The position numbers and the translations under genes were made by a program. Below are positions 47,687 through 56,609 of a stretch of DNA of 64,000 nt, piece by piece. Within the stretch, counting starts at the first letter, position 1, and each line of letters opens with the position of its first letter. The DNA comes from an uncultured Nitrososphaerales archaeon (GTDB lineage Archaea > Thermoproteota > Nitrososphaeria > Nitrososphaerales > Gagatemarchaeaceae), in the NCBI GenBank assembly GCA_963706445.1, contig OY970160.1:1152001-1216000 (forward strand). The letters are read 5' to 3'. The notes below the pieces were generated by a model that was not told the origin of the DNA, searched no databases, and worked only from the letters and a program-made list of their open reading frames with translations.

Positions 47687-48832
47687 TTGACGCGCCTAGA
47701 CGAGGAGCAGGTGAATAGTGTGAACTACAAGTTGCTGTCGCTGCTTATCGTGGGTTTGCTCCTTTCCCAGGCGTCGTACTCGGCGACCTACCCGCTTACC
47801 ATTGCACCGGGACGCTCCTGGCCCCTGTCCGTGGTCGCAGACTCTTCGAGGGGGCTGATATACTTCGACGCCACATCCGGCTTGTATCCGCCCACGGGCT
47901 TTTCGTTCGGAATAATCAATGCGACGAGCCACGACGTGGTCAAGATCCTTCCGCTGGACGTGAACCCCGGAGCAATGGTGCTGGACCAGTCGAGTGGGGA
48001 TGTCTACGTGGCAGGTAACAATTCGATCGCCGTCTTTGATGAGGGCAACCAGTCGTTCGTTCACGACCTCGTGCTGGGGCACCCCATTCTCTCGATGGCA
48101 TTTGACAGCTCTGTCTCTTCGGACCTGTTCGTGACTTCGGGTCACAGCCTCCTTTCGCTGGATCCACACACAGGGTCGATCCTGGGGAACTCGAGCTTCT
48201 CGAACCCCCTGGACGGGGTCCAGATAGACCCCTCCAACGGCAGGCTCTTCGTAGGTCAATACCCCAACAGTGAGATATCGGTTTTGAACGCGTCCAACCT
48301 GGTGTCCATAGGAAACATCGGCCTCCCTGGCTGTTGCGCGCTACAATTCGCACTCGACGTGGGGACTCAGTCACTGTACGCGGCGACGGGAACTAACTAC
48401 GTGTACTTGGTAAATGCCGCCACAGACACCTTTGAGAAGAGCATCCAGGTCGCCCCCTCGGCAGAGAATTCTACGAACTCCATCGTCGTGGACAACGAGA
48501 CAGGTCGGGTGTACGTCGCCTCGTCCCTAGGAGGCTCGATCACGGAACTCGACGTCTCAAGCGGCGCGGTGGCCGACCACTTCCAGGCACAGTACCAGGT
48601 GGCGGGATTAGCCGTCGACACGAAGACGGAGGAGCTTTACGCCTCCAACTATCACCAGATCACTGTATTCGACGCGAACAGGCCAAGGATCCGGGTTTTC
48701 GGCATCGCAATTATCGTGATTGTCGCCGCGGCAGCGGTCCTTGTTGTGTACTTGCTGATCAGACGCAGGGAGAACAGGGAGAGGATGAGGGTTCAATCGG
48801 GATGGTCCAAGAACGGCCCACCCCAGGGGTGA
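47687..48832 (+). CDS. YncE/YVTN-like beta-propeller surface protein
   Basis: Signal-like N-terminus, repeated D..G..YV blades, C-terminal TM followed by RRRE; true start may be slightly downstream. Confidence 0.7.
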   Translation: MTRLDEEQVNSVNYKLLSLLIVGLLLSQASYSATYPLTIAPGRSWPLSVVADSSRGLIYFDATSGLYPPTGFSFGIINATSHDVVKILPLDVNPGAMVLDQSSGDVYVAGNNSIAVFDEGNQSFVHDLVLGHPILSMAFDSSVSSDLFVTSGHSLLSLDPHTGSILGNSSFSNPLDGVQIDPSNGRLFVGQYPNSEISVLNASNLVSIGNIGLPGCCALQFALDVGTQSLYAATGTNYVYLVNAATDTFEKSIQVAPSAENSTNSIVVDNETGRVYVASSLGGSITELDVSSGAVADHFQAQYQVAGLAVDTKTEELYASNYHQITVFDANRPRIRVFGIAIIVIVAAAAVLVVYLLIRRRENRERMRVQSGWSKNGPPQG

Positions 48833-50082
48833 CGACAATGGATCTAGTGGCAAGAGGGGCCAGACTCAGAGGTGTCGATGGGTTGCGGGACGTTGGCATT
48901 GATGGTGGCAGGGTTGAAGAGGTCAAGGAGCATATCCGTGGAAGTGCGGACAAGGAGATCGCGGCGGATGGGAGGCTCCTCACATCAGGGTTCGCTAACA
49001 TCCACTGTCACCTGGACAAGTGTCTGACCAGCTCCTGGGCAGAGGTCTGGAAGGGATCGGAGGATGGTTCTCCGCAGGCGATCCCGTCGGCAACGAACAT
49101 CAAGCGGAGGTTCACTGAGGATGACATCGTCGCCAGGGCGTCCAAGGCACTGGAATCCTCTGTGTTTGCTGGGACCACGGCGGTCAGAGCCTTCGCGGAC
49201 GTTGACTCGATTGGGGGGTTGATGGCTGTCAAGGGACTCCTCAAGGTGAAGGGGAAGTTCAGAGATTTGATCGATGTGCAGGTGGTAGCATTCCCCCAAG
49301 AGGGTGTAATCCGGGACGAAGGGACCCAGGAGCTGCTCGAGAAGAGCATGGAACTGGGCGCTGATGTTGTAGGAGGGATTCCATGGTACGAAGAGAGTGC
49401 GGATGCCTCGAAGAAGCACACGGACATCGTCTTTGAGTTGGGGAAGAAGTACGACAGGGACATCCATACCCTCATAGACGACAACTCAGACCCGAACTCC
49501 AGGAACATCGAATACCTGCTCTCGAAGACGATCAGGGAGGGGTTCAAGGGCCGGGTCGCGGCATCGCACTGCAGAGGGGGGCTCGACTCGCCCGACGAAG
49601 AATACGCGAAAAGGATCTACGGGCTGGCGAAGGAGGCAGGTGCCACCATCGTCGAGAACTCACATGTGAGCCTCTTCATGTACGGGAGGTCAGACAAGCA
49701 CCCCGTGAGGAGAGGGGTCACGAGGGTGAAGGAGTTCCTAGGTTCGGGAGTCAACGTCGCCGTCGGGCAGGATGACATCGACGACCCGTACTACCCCTTC
49801 GGAAGGGGGGACATGCTGGAATTGGCATTTGTCGCGTGCCATGCGGCCCATTTGGGCTCGCCAACAGAGATCGAATGGGCCTTCGACTTGGTCACCGACA
49901 ACCCCGCGAAGGGGATGCGGCTAGAGGGATACGGGATCCGGGAAGGTGACAATGCAGACCTCGTCCTCCTGGACGCCCCGAGCGTCCACGAAGCAATCAG
50001 GCTGCAGCCAGACAGGCTCGCGGTCATCAAACGGGGCAGGATTGTTGCCGAATCGAGGACAGAACGGGTCCTGCGTTCCTAG
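48829..50082 (+). CDS. Cytosine deaminase-like amidohydrolase (CodA/YahJ group)
   Basis: HCHLDK, QVVAFPQEG, VVGGIP, ASHC, RRGVTRVKE, GQDDIDDPYYPFG; GTGA overlap (or ATG 48838). Confidence 0.85.
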   Translation: MTTMDLVARGARLRGVDGLRDVGIDGGRVEEVKEHIRGSADKEIAADGRLLTSGFANIHCHLDKCLTSSWAEVWKGSEDGSPQAIPSATNIKRRFTEDDIVARASKALESSVFAGTTAVRAFADVDSIGGLMAVKGLLKVKGKFRDLIDVQVVAFPQEGVIRDEGTQELLEKSMELGADVVGGIPWYEESADASKKHTDIVFELGKKYDRDIHTLIDDNSDPNSRNIEYLLSKTIREGFKGRVAASHCRGGLDSPDEEYAKRIYGLAKEAGATIVENSHVSLFMYGRSDKHPVRRGVTRVKEFLGSGVNVAVGQDDIDDPYYPFGRGDMLELAFVACHAAHLGSPTEIEWAFDLVTDNPAKGMRLEGYGIREGDNADLVLLDAPSVHEAIRLQPDRLAVIKRGRIVAESRTERVLRS

Positions 50083-50085
50083 GTC

Positions 50086-50595
50086 CTAGCTAATCTGTGT
50101 CCCGTTAAGGAAGATGTTCGTCGTCATTTTGACCCCCGCCTTCCTCAAGGTCTGATGGGCGTAGCACATTTCTTCCGCCTCCTTCGCCAGCGAAAGGATT
50201 GACTCCTTCGATGCCGTGCTCGTCAGCTTGAGGTCGTAGACGATGTCACTGAAGGAGCCCCCCATTTTCCTGTTGAAGTGCCCACGGGCCGTCATTTCGA
50301 CCCCCTTCATGTCGACATCTCGGAAGATGGCGTCAGTCAAGAACTGGTTGATCAGGCAGGACGCGGCCCCGGCGATAAAGTAGGCGAGCGGATTGGGACC
50401 TGTGTCTGTGCCTCCTCTTTCTACTGGTTCGTCGACGTAGAACGTGAACCCCCGCTTGCGGGCCTCGAGCTTGAGATGGTCGACCCGCTTGAGGTCCACC
50501 CTTTCGGCCCCGAAGAGGAACTCTTCGTCGTTTGCTTCGCGCCTCTTCTTGACGTGGTCCTTTATGGTCGCGATCTGTCTATCTTCAGTTGGCAT
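50086..50595 (-). CDS. OsmC family protein
   Basis: VDEP..RGGTDTGPNP..AASC, second Cys in EMCY. Confidence 0.8.
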   Translation of the reverse strand: MPTEDRQIATIKDHVKKRREANDEEFLFGAERVDLKRVDHLKLEARKRGFTFYVDEPVERGGTDTGPNPLAYFIAGAASCLINQFLTDAIFRDVDMKGVEMTARGHFNRKMGGSFSDIVYDLKLTSTASKESILSLAKEAEEMCYAHQTLRKAGVKMTTNIFLNGTQIS

Positions 50596-50633
50596 GATAA
50601 CTAGGACCAGCCGTCGTTATTTATCCGTGGGGC

Positions 50634-51731
50634 CTAGGTGCTCGAGACGTTGACCGACAGTATTGGAGGAAGGCCATCGGCGATGCTTTCCCATTGGTTT
50701 CCCTGGTCCCGGCTTGCGTAGAGATGGCCGGTAGTCGTGCCAAAATAGAGTCCGCAAGGGTCCTCCATGTCAGAGACCATCCCGTCTCTGAGGACCGTGT
50801 AGTAAGATTGCTTCGGTAGGCCTTCGTCAAGCCTGAACCACTCCTTCCCTCTGTTGTCAGTCCCCCACACCGCAAAATGCCCATCGGGGGGTATGCGTGA
50901 AAAGTCCCCTTCAAGCGGGGCAAGATAGGCTCGCTTGGGGTCGTTGGCGTCGACTGCAACCGGGAATCCGAACTTTGATGGAAGGTTGTTCCGAATGTCC
51001 ACCCAGCTCTCCCCCGCGTCGTCACTCCTGTACACTCCAGTGTGATTCTGGTGATAGATCACGTCAGGGGTAGAAGGGTTGATTGCGAGCTTGTGGACGC
51101 ACGTGCCGTACTCCGGGTACTTGTCAGGCTGGAAACCGGTCATGACATTCTTGTTCTGGAACCTCCAGCTTTGACCTCCATCGTCCGTGCGGAGCGTCCC
51201 AACGGCTGAGATGGCAACGTGCAACCTCCCTGGTCTCTTTCCGTTCACCAGGATGGTGTGGAGGCAGAGCCCCCCTCCGCCAGCCTGCCACTTTTTCCTC
51301 GTCTTGTGGTTCATGAGGGCTTCGTTCACTTTCCACTTCCTCCCCCCGTCCTTCGACATGAACAGGCATGCAGGCTCGACCCCCGCGTAGACGACGTCCG
51401 GCTCTTCCTCCGGACCTGGTTTGATCTGCCAGAGCCTGGCGACTGAAAGGCCGCTCCCCTTTGGAAACCTTGGCGGGGTGCTCGACTCCTTCCACTGCTT
51501 GCCCATGTCCTCGCTGCGCGCTACCGTTGGCCCCCAGTGCCCGCTGACGATTGATGCAAGCATGGCGCCGCTCCGGCCGTCGTAGGCCATGTGGTAGATC
51601 TCGTTCCCCTTCAGATGAGGACCGGTCACCTTCCAGTTCTTCCGATCTGGGCCTGACGTGAAGACGAACGCACCCTTGCGTGTTCCCACCATAAGGCAGA
51701 CCTTCCCCTTGTTCCCGCTAGACTTCGCCAT
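50634..51731 (-). CDS. BNR/Asp-box beta-propeller protein
   Basis: Repeated S.D.G..W boxes, VGTRKG, GGGGLCLH, CVHK, QNHTGVYRSDD. Confidence 0.8.
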   Translation of the reverse strand: MAKSSGNKGKVCLMVGTRKGAFVFTSGPDRKNWKVTGPHLKGNEIYHMAYDGRSGAMLASIVSGHWGPTVARSEDMGKQWKESSTPPRFPKGSGLSVARLWQIKPGPEEEPDVVYAGVEPACLFMSKDGGRKWKVNEALMNHKTRKKWQAGGGGLCLHTILVNGKRPGRLHVAISAVGTLRTDDGGQSWRFQNKNVMTGFQPDKYPEYGTCVHKLAINPSTPDVIYHQNHTGVYRSDDAGESWVDIRNNLPSKFGFPVAVDANDPKRAYLAPLEGDFSRIPPDGHFAVWGTDNRGKEWFRLDEGLPKQSYYTVLRDGMVSDMEDPCGLYFGTTTGHLYASRDQGNQWESIADGLPPILSVNVSST

Positions 51732-51732
51732 T

Positions 51733-52008
51733 TTATCCACCCGAGACAGCTGGGAGGATGTGCACCACGTCTCCATCCCTGAGCCTCGTCTTTTCCATTT
51801 GCAAGTACCGCGAGTTCTCCGAGTTAACGAAGATGTTGACGTGTGCTCGGATCTTCCCTTGGTCGTCTACTATCCTTCCGCCAATACCAGGAAACGAACT
51901 ATCCAGCTTTCTCACCATTGTGCCGAGGTTATCAGCGGAACTGACATCGACCTCCCTCGCGCCCCTTGTGTAGTCCTTGAGTTGGGCGTTGAGCAGCACC
52001 CGAATCAA
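51733..52008 (-). CDS. MoaD/ThiS (SAMP-like) ubiquitin-like protein
   Basis: 91 aa beta-grasp pattern ending PAVSGG. Confidence 0.85.
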   Translation of the reverse strand: MIRVLLNAQLKDYTRGAREVDVSSADNLGTMVRKLDSSFPGIGGRIVDDQGKIRAHVNIFVNSENSRYLQMEKTRLRDGDVVHILPAVSGG

Positions 52009-52096
52009 TCACCAAAGATTCCTTTTCCTGTTATATATGGAGAGCGTTTTCTCCCTCTACCCTTCCGAAGTCTTTTATCAAACCGGACGCGGGAAG

Positions 52097-53260
52097 TTGA
52101 AGCAGGCCCCGTTGACAGAACAAGGTTTCCTCGGCTTTTCACAGGTAGAGGTCGAGAGGTACAGCAGGCAGCTGGTTCTCCCAGAACTCGGACCGAAAGG
52201 CCAGCTGAGGCTCAAGGACTCGAGCGCCTTGGTCGTTGGGGCGGGAGGGCTTGGAATCCCAGCTATGGTCTACCTCGCGGCAGCCGGGGTAGGGCGGATC
52301 GGAATCGTCGACGATGATGTCGTCGAGAAGAGCAACCTCCACCGACAGACAATCTACACGGAGTCCGACGTCGGAGAGCCCAAGGCGAATGTCGCCGGAA
52401 GGAAGCTCCACGAGGTCAACCCCCTCATCTCAGTGGACGCCCACAAGGCGAAGCTGTCGTCTGCCAATGCCATGGACACCCTACGAGGATACGACGTTGT
52501 GTTGGATTGCACCGACAACTTCCCGGCTCGTTACCTCATTAACGACGCCTGCGTACTTCTGGGGATGCCGGACGTGTACGCGAGCATCTTCAGGTTCGAC
52601 GGGCAGGCGTCTGTCTTCAGCGCCGCGAAGGGGCCATGCTACAGGTGCCTATTCCCCGAACCGCCGCCGCCAGACATGGTCCAAGACTGCTCCGTTGCTG
52701 GGGTGCTGGGGGTGCTACCTGGAGTGATGGGGAGCATACAGGCAGTCGAGGCGATGAAACTGATCCTCCGGCTGGGCGAGCCGCTCCTTGGCAGGCTCCT
52801 TCTGTTCAGTGCCACAGACATGACCTTCGATGAGTTGCATTTCAAGAAGAACCCCGAGTGCCCAGTGTGCCGCCCCAATCCGAGCGTGACCAAGTTGATA
52901 GACTACGAGGAGTTCTGCGGGGCTAAGAGAGAGCCTGTTGCCGCCGACGAAGTGACCGTGAGAGAGCTCAAGCGGATGATCGATGGTCGGCGGGAAGTAG
53001 TGGTCCTTGACGTCAGGGAACCCTACGAAAACGTCCTGTGCAAAATAGAAGGGTCGAAGCTGATTCCGCTGGGAGATCTCCCAGGGCGGGCGGACGAGCT
53101 GGACAAGGGAGCGGAAATAGTCGTCTACTGTCACACCGGAGTGAGGAGCGCGAGGGCGGTCGAGTTCCTTTCATCAAAGGGGTTCACGAAGGCCCGCAAC
53201 CTGAAGGGTGGGATTGACGCGTGGTCGAAAGAGATCGACCCTAGAGTTCCAATCTACTGA
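52097..53260 (+). CDS. moeB: MoeB/UbaA E1-like adenylyltransferase with C-terminal rhodanese domain
   Basis: RYSRQ, GAGGLG, SNLHRQ, CYRC, CPVC, DVREP, YCHTGVRS; TTG start 52097 or 52112. Confidence 0.9.
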   Translation: MKQAPLTEQGFLGFSQVEVERYSRQLVLPELGPKGQLRLKDSSALVVGAGGLGIPAMVYLAAAGVGRIGIVDDDVVEKSNLHRQTIYTESDVGEPKANVAGRKLHEVNPLISVDAHKAKLSSANAMDTLRGYDVVLDCTDNFPARYLINDACVLLGMPDVYASIFRFDGQASVFSAAKGPCYRCLFPEPPPPDMVQDCSVAGVLGVLPGVMGSIQAVEAMKLILRLGEPLLGRLLLFSATDMTFDELHFKKNPECPVCRPNPSVTKLIDYEEFCGAKREPVAADEVTVRELKRMIDGRREVVVLDVREPYENVLCKIEGSKLIPLGDLPGRADELDKGAEIVVYCHTGVRSARAVEFLSSKGFTKARNLKGGIDAWSKEIDPRVPIY

Positions 53261-53276
53261 ACCACGATGACCAAGC

Positions 53277-53684
53277 TCAAGCAGTGACGCTGAGCTTCCC
53301 CATCTTGTTGAATACGAACGAGATAGTTCGAATGGTCCTTCCATTCCCTAAGCATGACGGCCTCAGGTCTTTCACCATCCTGATTATCTCCACGATGTTG
53401 CTCTGGAGGTGTATGCCCCACCTATCGCCTTCCCCAAGAACAAGAGATGGAATCTCGTAGAACCTGGTTCCTTTGGGGATCCTGATTACATGGTTGGTCA
53501 GGGTCGATTTGTACGCCTCTAGGGTCTCTCTGGCCTGACTAATCTTCCTGTGAGCCCTCAGTTCGATCATTGAGACGTTGGCCCGACTGGTTCCTAATTC
53601 CTTGGCCGTCTCCAGTTGGGTCATCCCTTTTCCTCGGCACTCCAGGACTCGAAACTGGGCGTCCGTCAGCGAACCGGGTGCCAT
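53277..53684 (-). CDS. tfx: Tfx family DNA-binding protein
   Basis: LTDAQFRVL..RGKGMTQ.E.AKELGTSRANVS.IE..A..KI..ARETL. Confidence 0.8.
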   Translation of the reverse strand: MAPGSLTDAQFRVLECRGKGMTQLETAKELGTSRANVSMIELRAHRKISQARETLEAYKSTLTNHVIRIPKGTRFYEIPSLVLGEGDRWGIHLQSNIVEIIRMVKDLRPSCLGNGRTIRTISFVFNKMGKLSVTA

Positions 53685-53702
53685 GCAACGGATATCAGTT
53701 GC
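53685..53702. promoter_or_regulatory. Palindromic candidate operator upstream of tfx
   Basis: GCAACGGATATCAGTTGC (16/18 palindrome) between the tfx ATG and a TTTAAAA box. Confidence 0.4.
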
Positions 53703-53739
53703 CTCCAATTTAAAAGCAATATTTCCCAGAACGTAACGC

Positions 53740-55056
53740 TTGCCCTCGCTGCGATTCATCGCGGCCGCTTCTGTCATCGGGAGCGTGATCGAGTGGTACG
53801 ACCTCTTCGTCTATGGTTCCCTGGTCGTCGTCCTGTCGGGGCTGTTCTTCCCTTCGCAGAACCCATCGGACTCCCTGTTGCTCGCTCTTGCGGCTTTCGT
53901 AGCAGGAGCGGCAGTGCGGCCACTAGGAGGAGCCGTCTTCGGGAGGATCGGGGACAAGGTAGGGAGGAAGCGGGCATTCCTGCTTACAGTCATCATCATG
54001 GGGACCGGAGCGTTCCTGACAGGGCTGCTGCCGACCTACGCATCAATTGGCATCCTCGCGCCTGTCCTGCTGGTATCCCTCAGAATCATCGAGGGGCTCG
54101 CCCTCGGCGGGGAATTCGGCGGGGCGACTGTCTACCTGGCGGAGCACGCGCCTGCCAAATCGAGGGGAGCATGGACTTCCCTAGTGCAGGCTTCTGGGAC
54201 AGTGGGGCTCCTGATTTCCTCGGGAGTTGTCCTGGTCGCGCGGGAATCGCTTAGCCAATCGAACTTCGCAAACTGGGGGTGGAGGGTGCCATTCCTGTTT
54301 TCGGCGGTACTTGTGCTTGTGGCAGTCTGGCTGAGGGTCAGGTTGACCGAGACCCCGCTGTTTACTGAACTACTCGCCAAGGGGAAGACATCCAAGGCGC
54401 CAGTGAGGGAGGCCCTCTCCAACAGAGGGAACCTGCGGACACTTCTGATTGCGCTGCTCGTAGTCTCCGGTTCGTCGGTCATCTGGCACACCGCCCAGTT
54501 CTACTCGTCGGTGTTCATGCAGACCACCCTCAAGATCAGCTTCGTCAACGCGACCACCGTCACCGTGGTCGCCCTGGGACTCGGGGCTCCGTTCTTCGTG
54601 TTCTTCGGCTGGCTGTCGGACCGGGTCGGCAGGAAGAAAGTGATCCTTGTGGGCAACCTGCTGGGACTAGCATTCATCCCGATATTCTTCGGGCTGAACT
54701 CGTTCTCCAACCCGCTCAACCTATATGGACTGGGAGCTCTGGTGTTCGCACAGGTCTTCATCTCGGCAATGGTGTATGGCCCCCTCGGGGCGTATCTCGT
54801 CGAATCGTTCCCGACCAGGGTGCGTTACACGTCTTTGGCAATTGCCTACGGGCTGGGAACAGGAGACATAGGGGATGGGACCCTGCTGATCGCACCATGG
54901 CTGGCATTGATCACGGGGAACATCTACGCAGGGCTCATCTGGATAGTAGCGGCCCCAATCACGGCGCTAGTGGGAGGCCTCGTCCTGATGAAGGAGACCA
55001 GGGGTTCGGACCTTAGTGCGCCCAACTCGGAAGAGAGTCTTCGGCCGCGCAATTGA
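53740..55056 (+). CDS. MFS transporter, metabolite:H+ symporter (MHS) family
   Basis: IEWYDLFVYG, GDKVGRK, GGEFGGA, WGWRVPF, ETP, FPTRVRY. Confidence 0.9.
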   Translation: MPSLRFIAAASVIGSVIEWYDLFVYGSLVVVLSGLFFPSQNPSDSLLLALAAFVAGAAVRPLGGAVFGRIGDKVGRKRAFLLTVIIMGTGAFLTGLLPTYASIGILAPVLLVSLRIIEGLALGGEFGGATVYLAEHAPAKSRGAWTSLVQASGTVGLLISSGVVLVARESLSQSNFANWGWRVPFLFSAVLVLVAVWLRVRLTETPLFTELLAKGKTSKAPVREALSNRGNLRTLLIALLVVSGSSVIWHTAQFYSSVFMQTTLKISFVNATTVTVVALGLGAPFFVFFGWLSDRVGRKKVILVGNLLGLAFIPIFFGLNSFSNPLNLYGLGALVFAQVFISAMVYGPLGAYLVESFPTRVRYTSLAIAYGLGTGDIGDGTLLIAPWLALITGNIYAGLIWIVAAPITALVGGLVLMKETRGSDLSAPNSEESLRPRN

Positions 55057-55111
55057 ATTTAGGTGCAAAGCGCAACCAAGGCTCCTTAACTATACAACAT
55101 TCACTGGTTGG

Positions 55112-55432
55112 ATGGCTACTAATGGCCTGCATGGGGCAGGAGCCTCCATTGAAGTTGGCTCTCCAATTCAAACGGACGACATCAAAACAACTCCCAATCC
55201 CATAGGGTTTAGCATAACGATTGGTGGCAAAGGAGACTCAGAGATGGGTGTCGACTCCTTCGGCCTTACTTACACTTCAATTTCAATTACGACCCAAGTC
55301 CAGGAAATGCACGGCAGCAACCCCTATGTGCAAGTATCCGTACAACTGTTCCAAAAGACTAGTGATACTACCTGGGATATTGAGGCGTTCACCACCCAGT
55401 TGCAAGTCCAATATTACGAGTGCTATCCGTGA
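55112..55432 (+). CDS. Hypothetical protein (possibly a gene remnant)
   Basis: Thr/Ser-rich ORF in a visibly AT-richer segment; no family recognised. Confidence 0.35.
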   Translation: MATNGLHGAGASIEVGSPIQTDDIKTTPNPIGFSITIGGKGDSEMGVDSFGLTYTSISITTQVQEMHGSNPYVQVSVQLFQKTSDTTWDIEAFTTQLQVQYYECYP

Positions 55433-55469
55433 TTAGTTATGCCATGCCACATGGAACGCGAGAGGTTCA

Positions 55470-55703
55470 TTGGGAAAGAATAGGCGAGTAGGCTGGGTCA
55501 TCATCGCTGCAGGTGCTGCAATGTGCATCTTCGGAGCACTCTTGAGTGCTTGGCTTTTCATGCCTCCCTACAGCGGGATGGATGTGATCTGTCCCTCGCA
55601 CTTTTGCAATGCTCTTTCGCCCACTCTGCTGATTATCCTATTCAGTCTTCCTCTGGGAGCGCTTACTCTGGCGATAGGGAGCCTATTGCTTCGGAACAGG
55701 TGA
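55470..55703 (+). CDS. Small hypothetical membrane protein
   Basis: 77 aa with two TM helices. Confidence 0.45.
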   Translation: MGKNRRVGWVIIAAGAAMCIFGALLSAWLFMPPYSGMDVICPSHFCNALSPTLLIILFSLPLGALTLAIGSLLLRNR

Positions 55704-55778
55704 CGCCCAAGCCTCGACGTATTCCGGAGCGGTACGCTTGGAGCATTGGTGCAAAGCGATTTGAACCTAAGGTCCGAC

Positions 55779-55872
55779 TCCCGGCCGGAGATTATGGCCT
55801 TCGGTTTGATGCCCTGGCCGGGCGCCTGAATTCAGCCCCTGGCGATGAAGACCATGTGGGCGAGCTCTCCGG
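55779..55872 (-). repeat. Diverged second copy of the moaB 3' end and downstream flank
   Basis: Aligns with 56560-56650; identical 22-mer ACCATGTGGGCGAGCTCTCCGG at 55851-55872 and 56629-56650; both copies encode GELAHMVFIARG*. Confidence 0.85.
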
Positions 55873-55980
55873 CGACAGCGACGCCCAGATCAGTGGATTT
55901 TCAGTTTCGCAGAAATAGTTTGAAGGATTGCTTTTCGGAAGCAAAGTCTTAAAGGCGATACTCCTTCGTTCCGTTTCGCC

Positions 55981-56220
55981 GTGAGAACAAGTAGATACAC
56001 AGCCCTATTGGAGGCCGCCGAGGAAGGGGGGTACATAGTGAAGTGCGTGGAGCTACCTGTCGCGACCCAAGGGGAAGACAGAGAGGAGGCCATCAGGAAC
56101 ATGAAGGAGGCAATCGCAGGGTATCTTGAAGTGAGAGCAGAAACCCTGGGCAAGTCAAAAGCAAAGAAGCAACTGGTCGAGATATCTGTCAAACAAGCTT
56201 CCAGTCCTCTCGTGGCGTGA
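55981..56220 (+). CDS. hicB: HicB family antitoxin
   Basis: EEGGYIVKCVELP.ATQGE.REEAIRNMKEAIAGYLE. Confidence 0.85.
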   Translation: MRTSRYTALLEAAEEGGYIVKCVELPVATQGEDREEAIRNMKEAIAGYLEVRAETLGKSKAKKQLVEISVKQASSPLVA

Positions 56221-56404
56221 CGTCGTCAAAGCTCTAGGAAAGGCGGGTTATCATGTGGTCAGGCAAAGAGGAAGCCACATCTATCTTGTCAAAGACGAAA
56301 ACGTGGTTCCTGTCCCAAGGCATGGCGAAATCAAACGTGGGACCCTAACGGCCATAATAACTGAAGCGGGTCTCGACAGAGAAGAGTTCCTCCGTCTTTT
56401 GTAG
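56186..56404 (+). CDS. hicA: HicA family toxin (no canonical start; absent from ORF track)
   Basis: Manual translation LSNKLPVLSWRDVVKALGKAGYHVVRQRGSHIYLVKDENVVPVPRHGEIKRGTLTAIITEAGLDREEFLRLL*, with GSH, VP.H and GTL..I...AG motifs. Confidence 0.75.
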   Translation: MSNKLPVLSWRDVVKALGKAGYHVVRQRGSHIYLVKDENVVPVPRHGEIKRGTLTAIITEAGLDREEFLRLL

Positions 56405-56609
56405 CGATTCAGTATCCGTTAGGATACGTCTGGAGAAAAACCTCCCCGAAATTTGTTCTCCGTGATTCCCGCGGGCACGCAACTTGGACTGAATCGAATT
56501 ACACTGTCTCTGTGCTAAACACATGGCACAATCAAAGTGCACCCATATGAGCACTCAGGTCCCGGCTGGAGATTTGGATCTATGATAAGCCCCGGCCTGC
56601 CGCCTGGGC

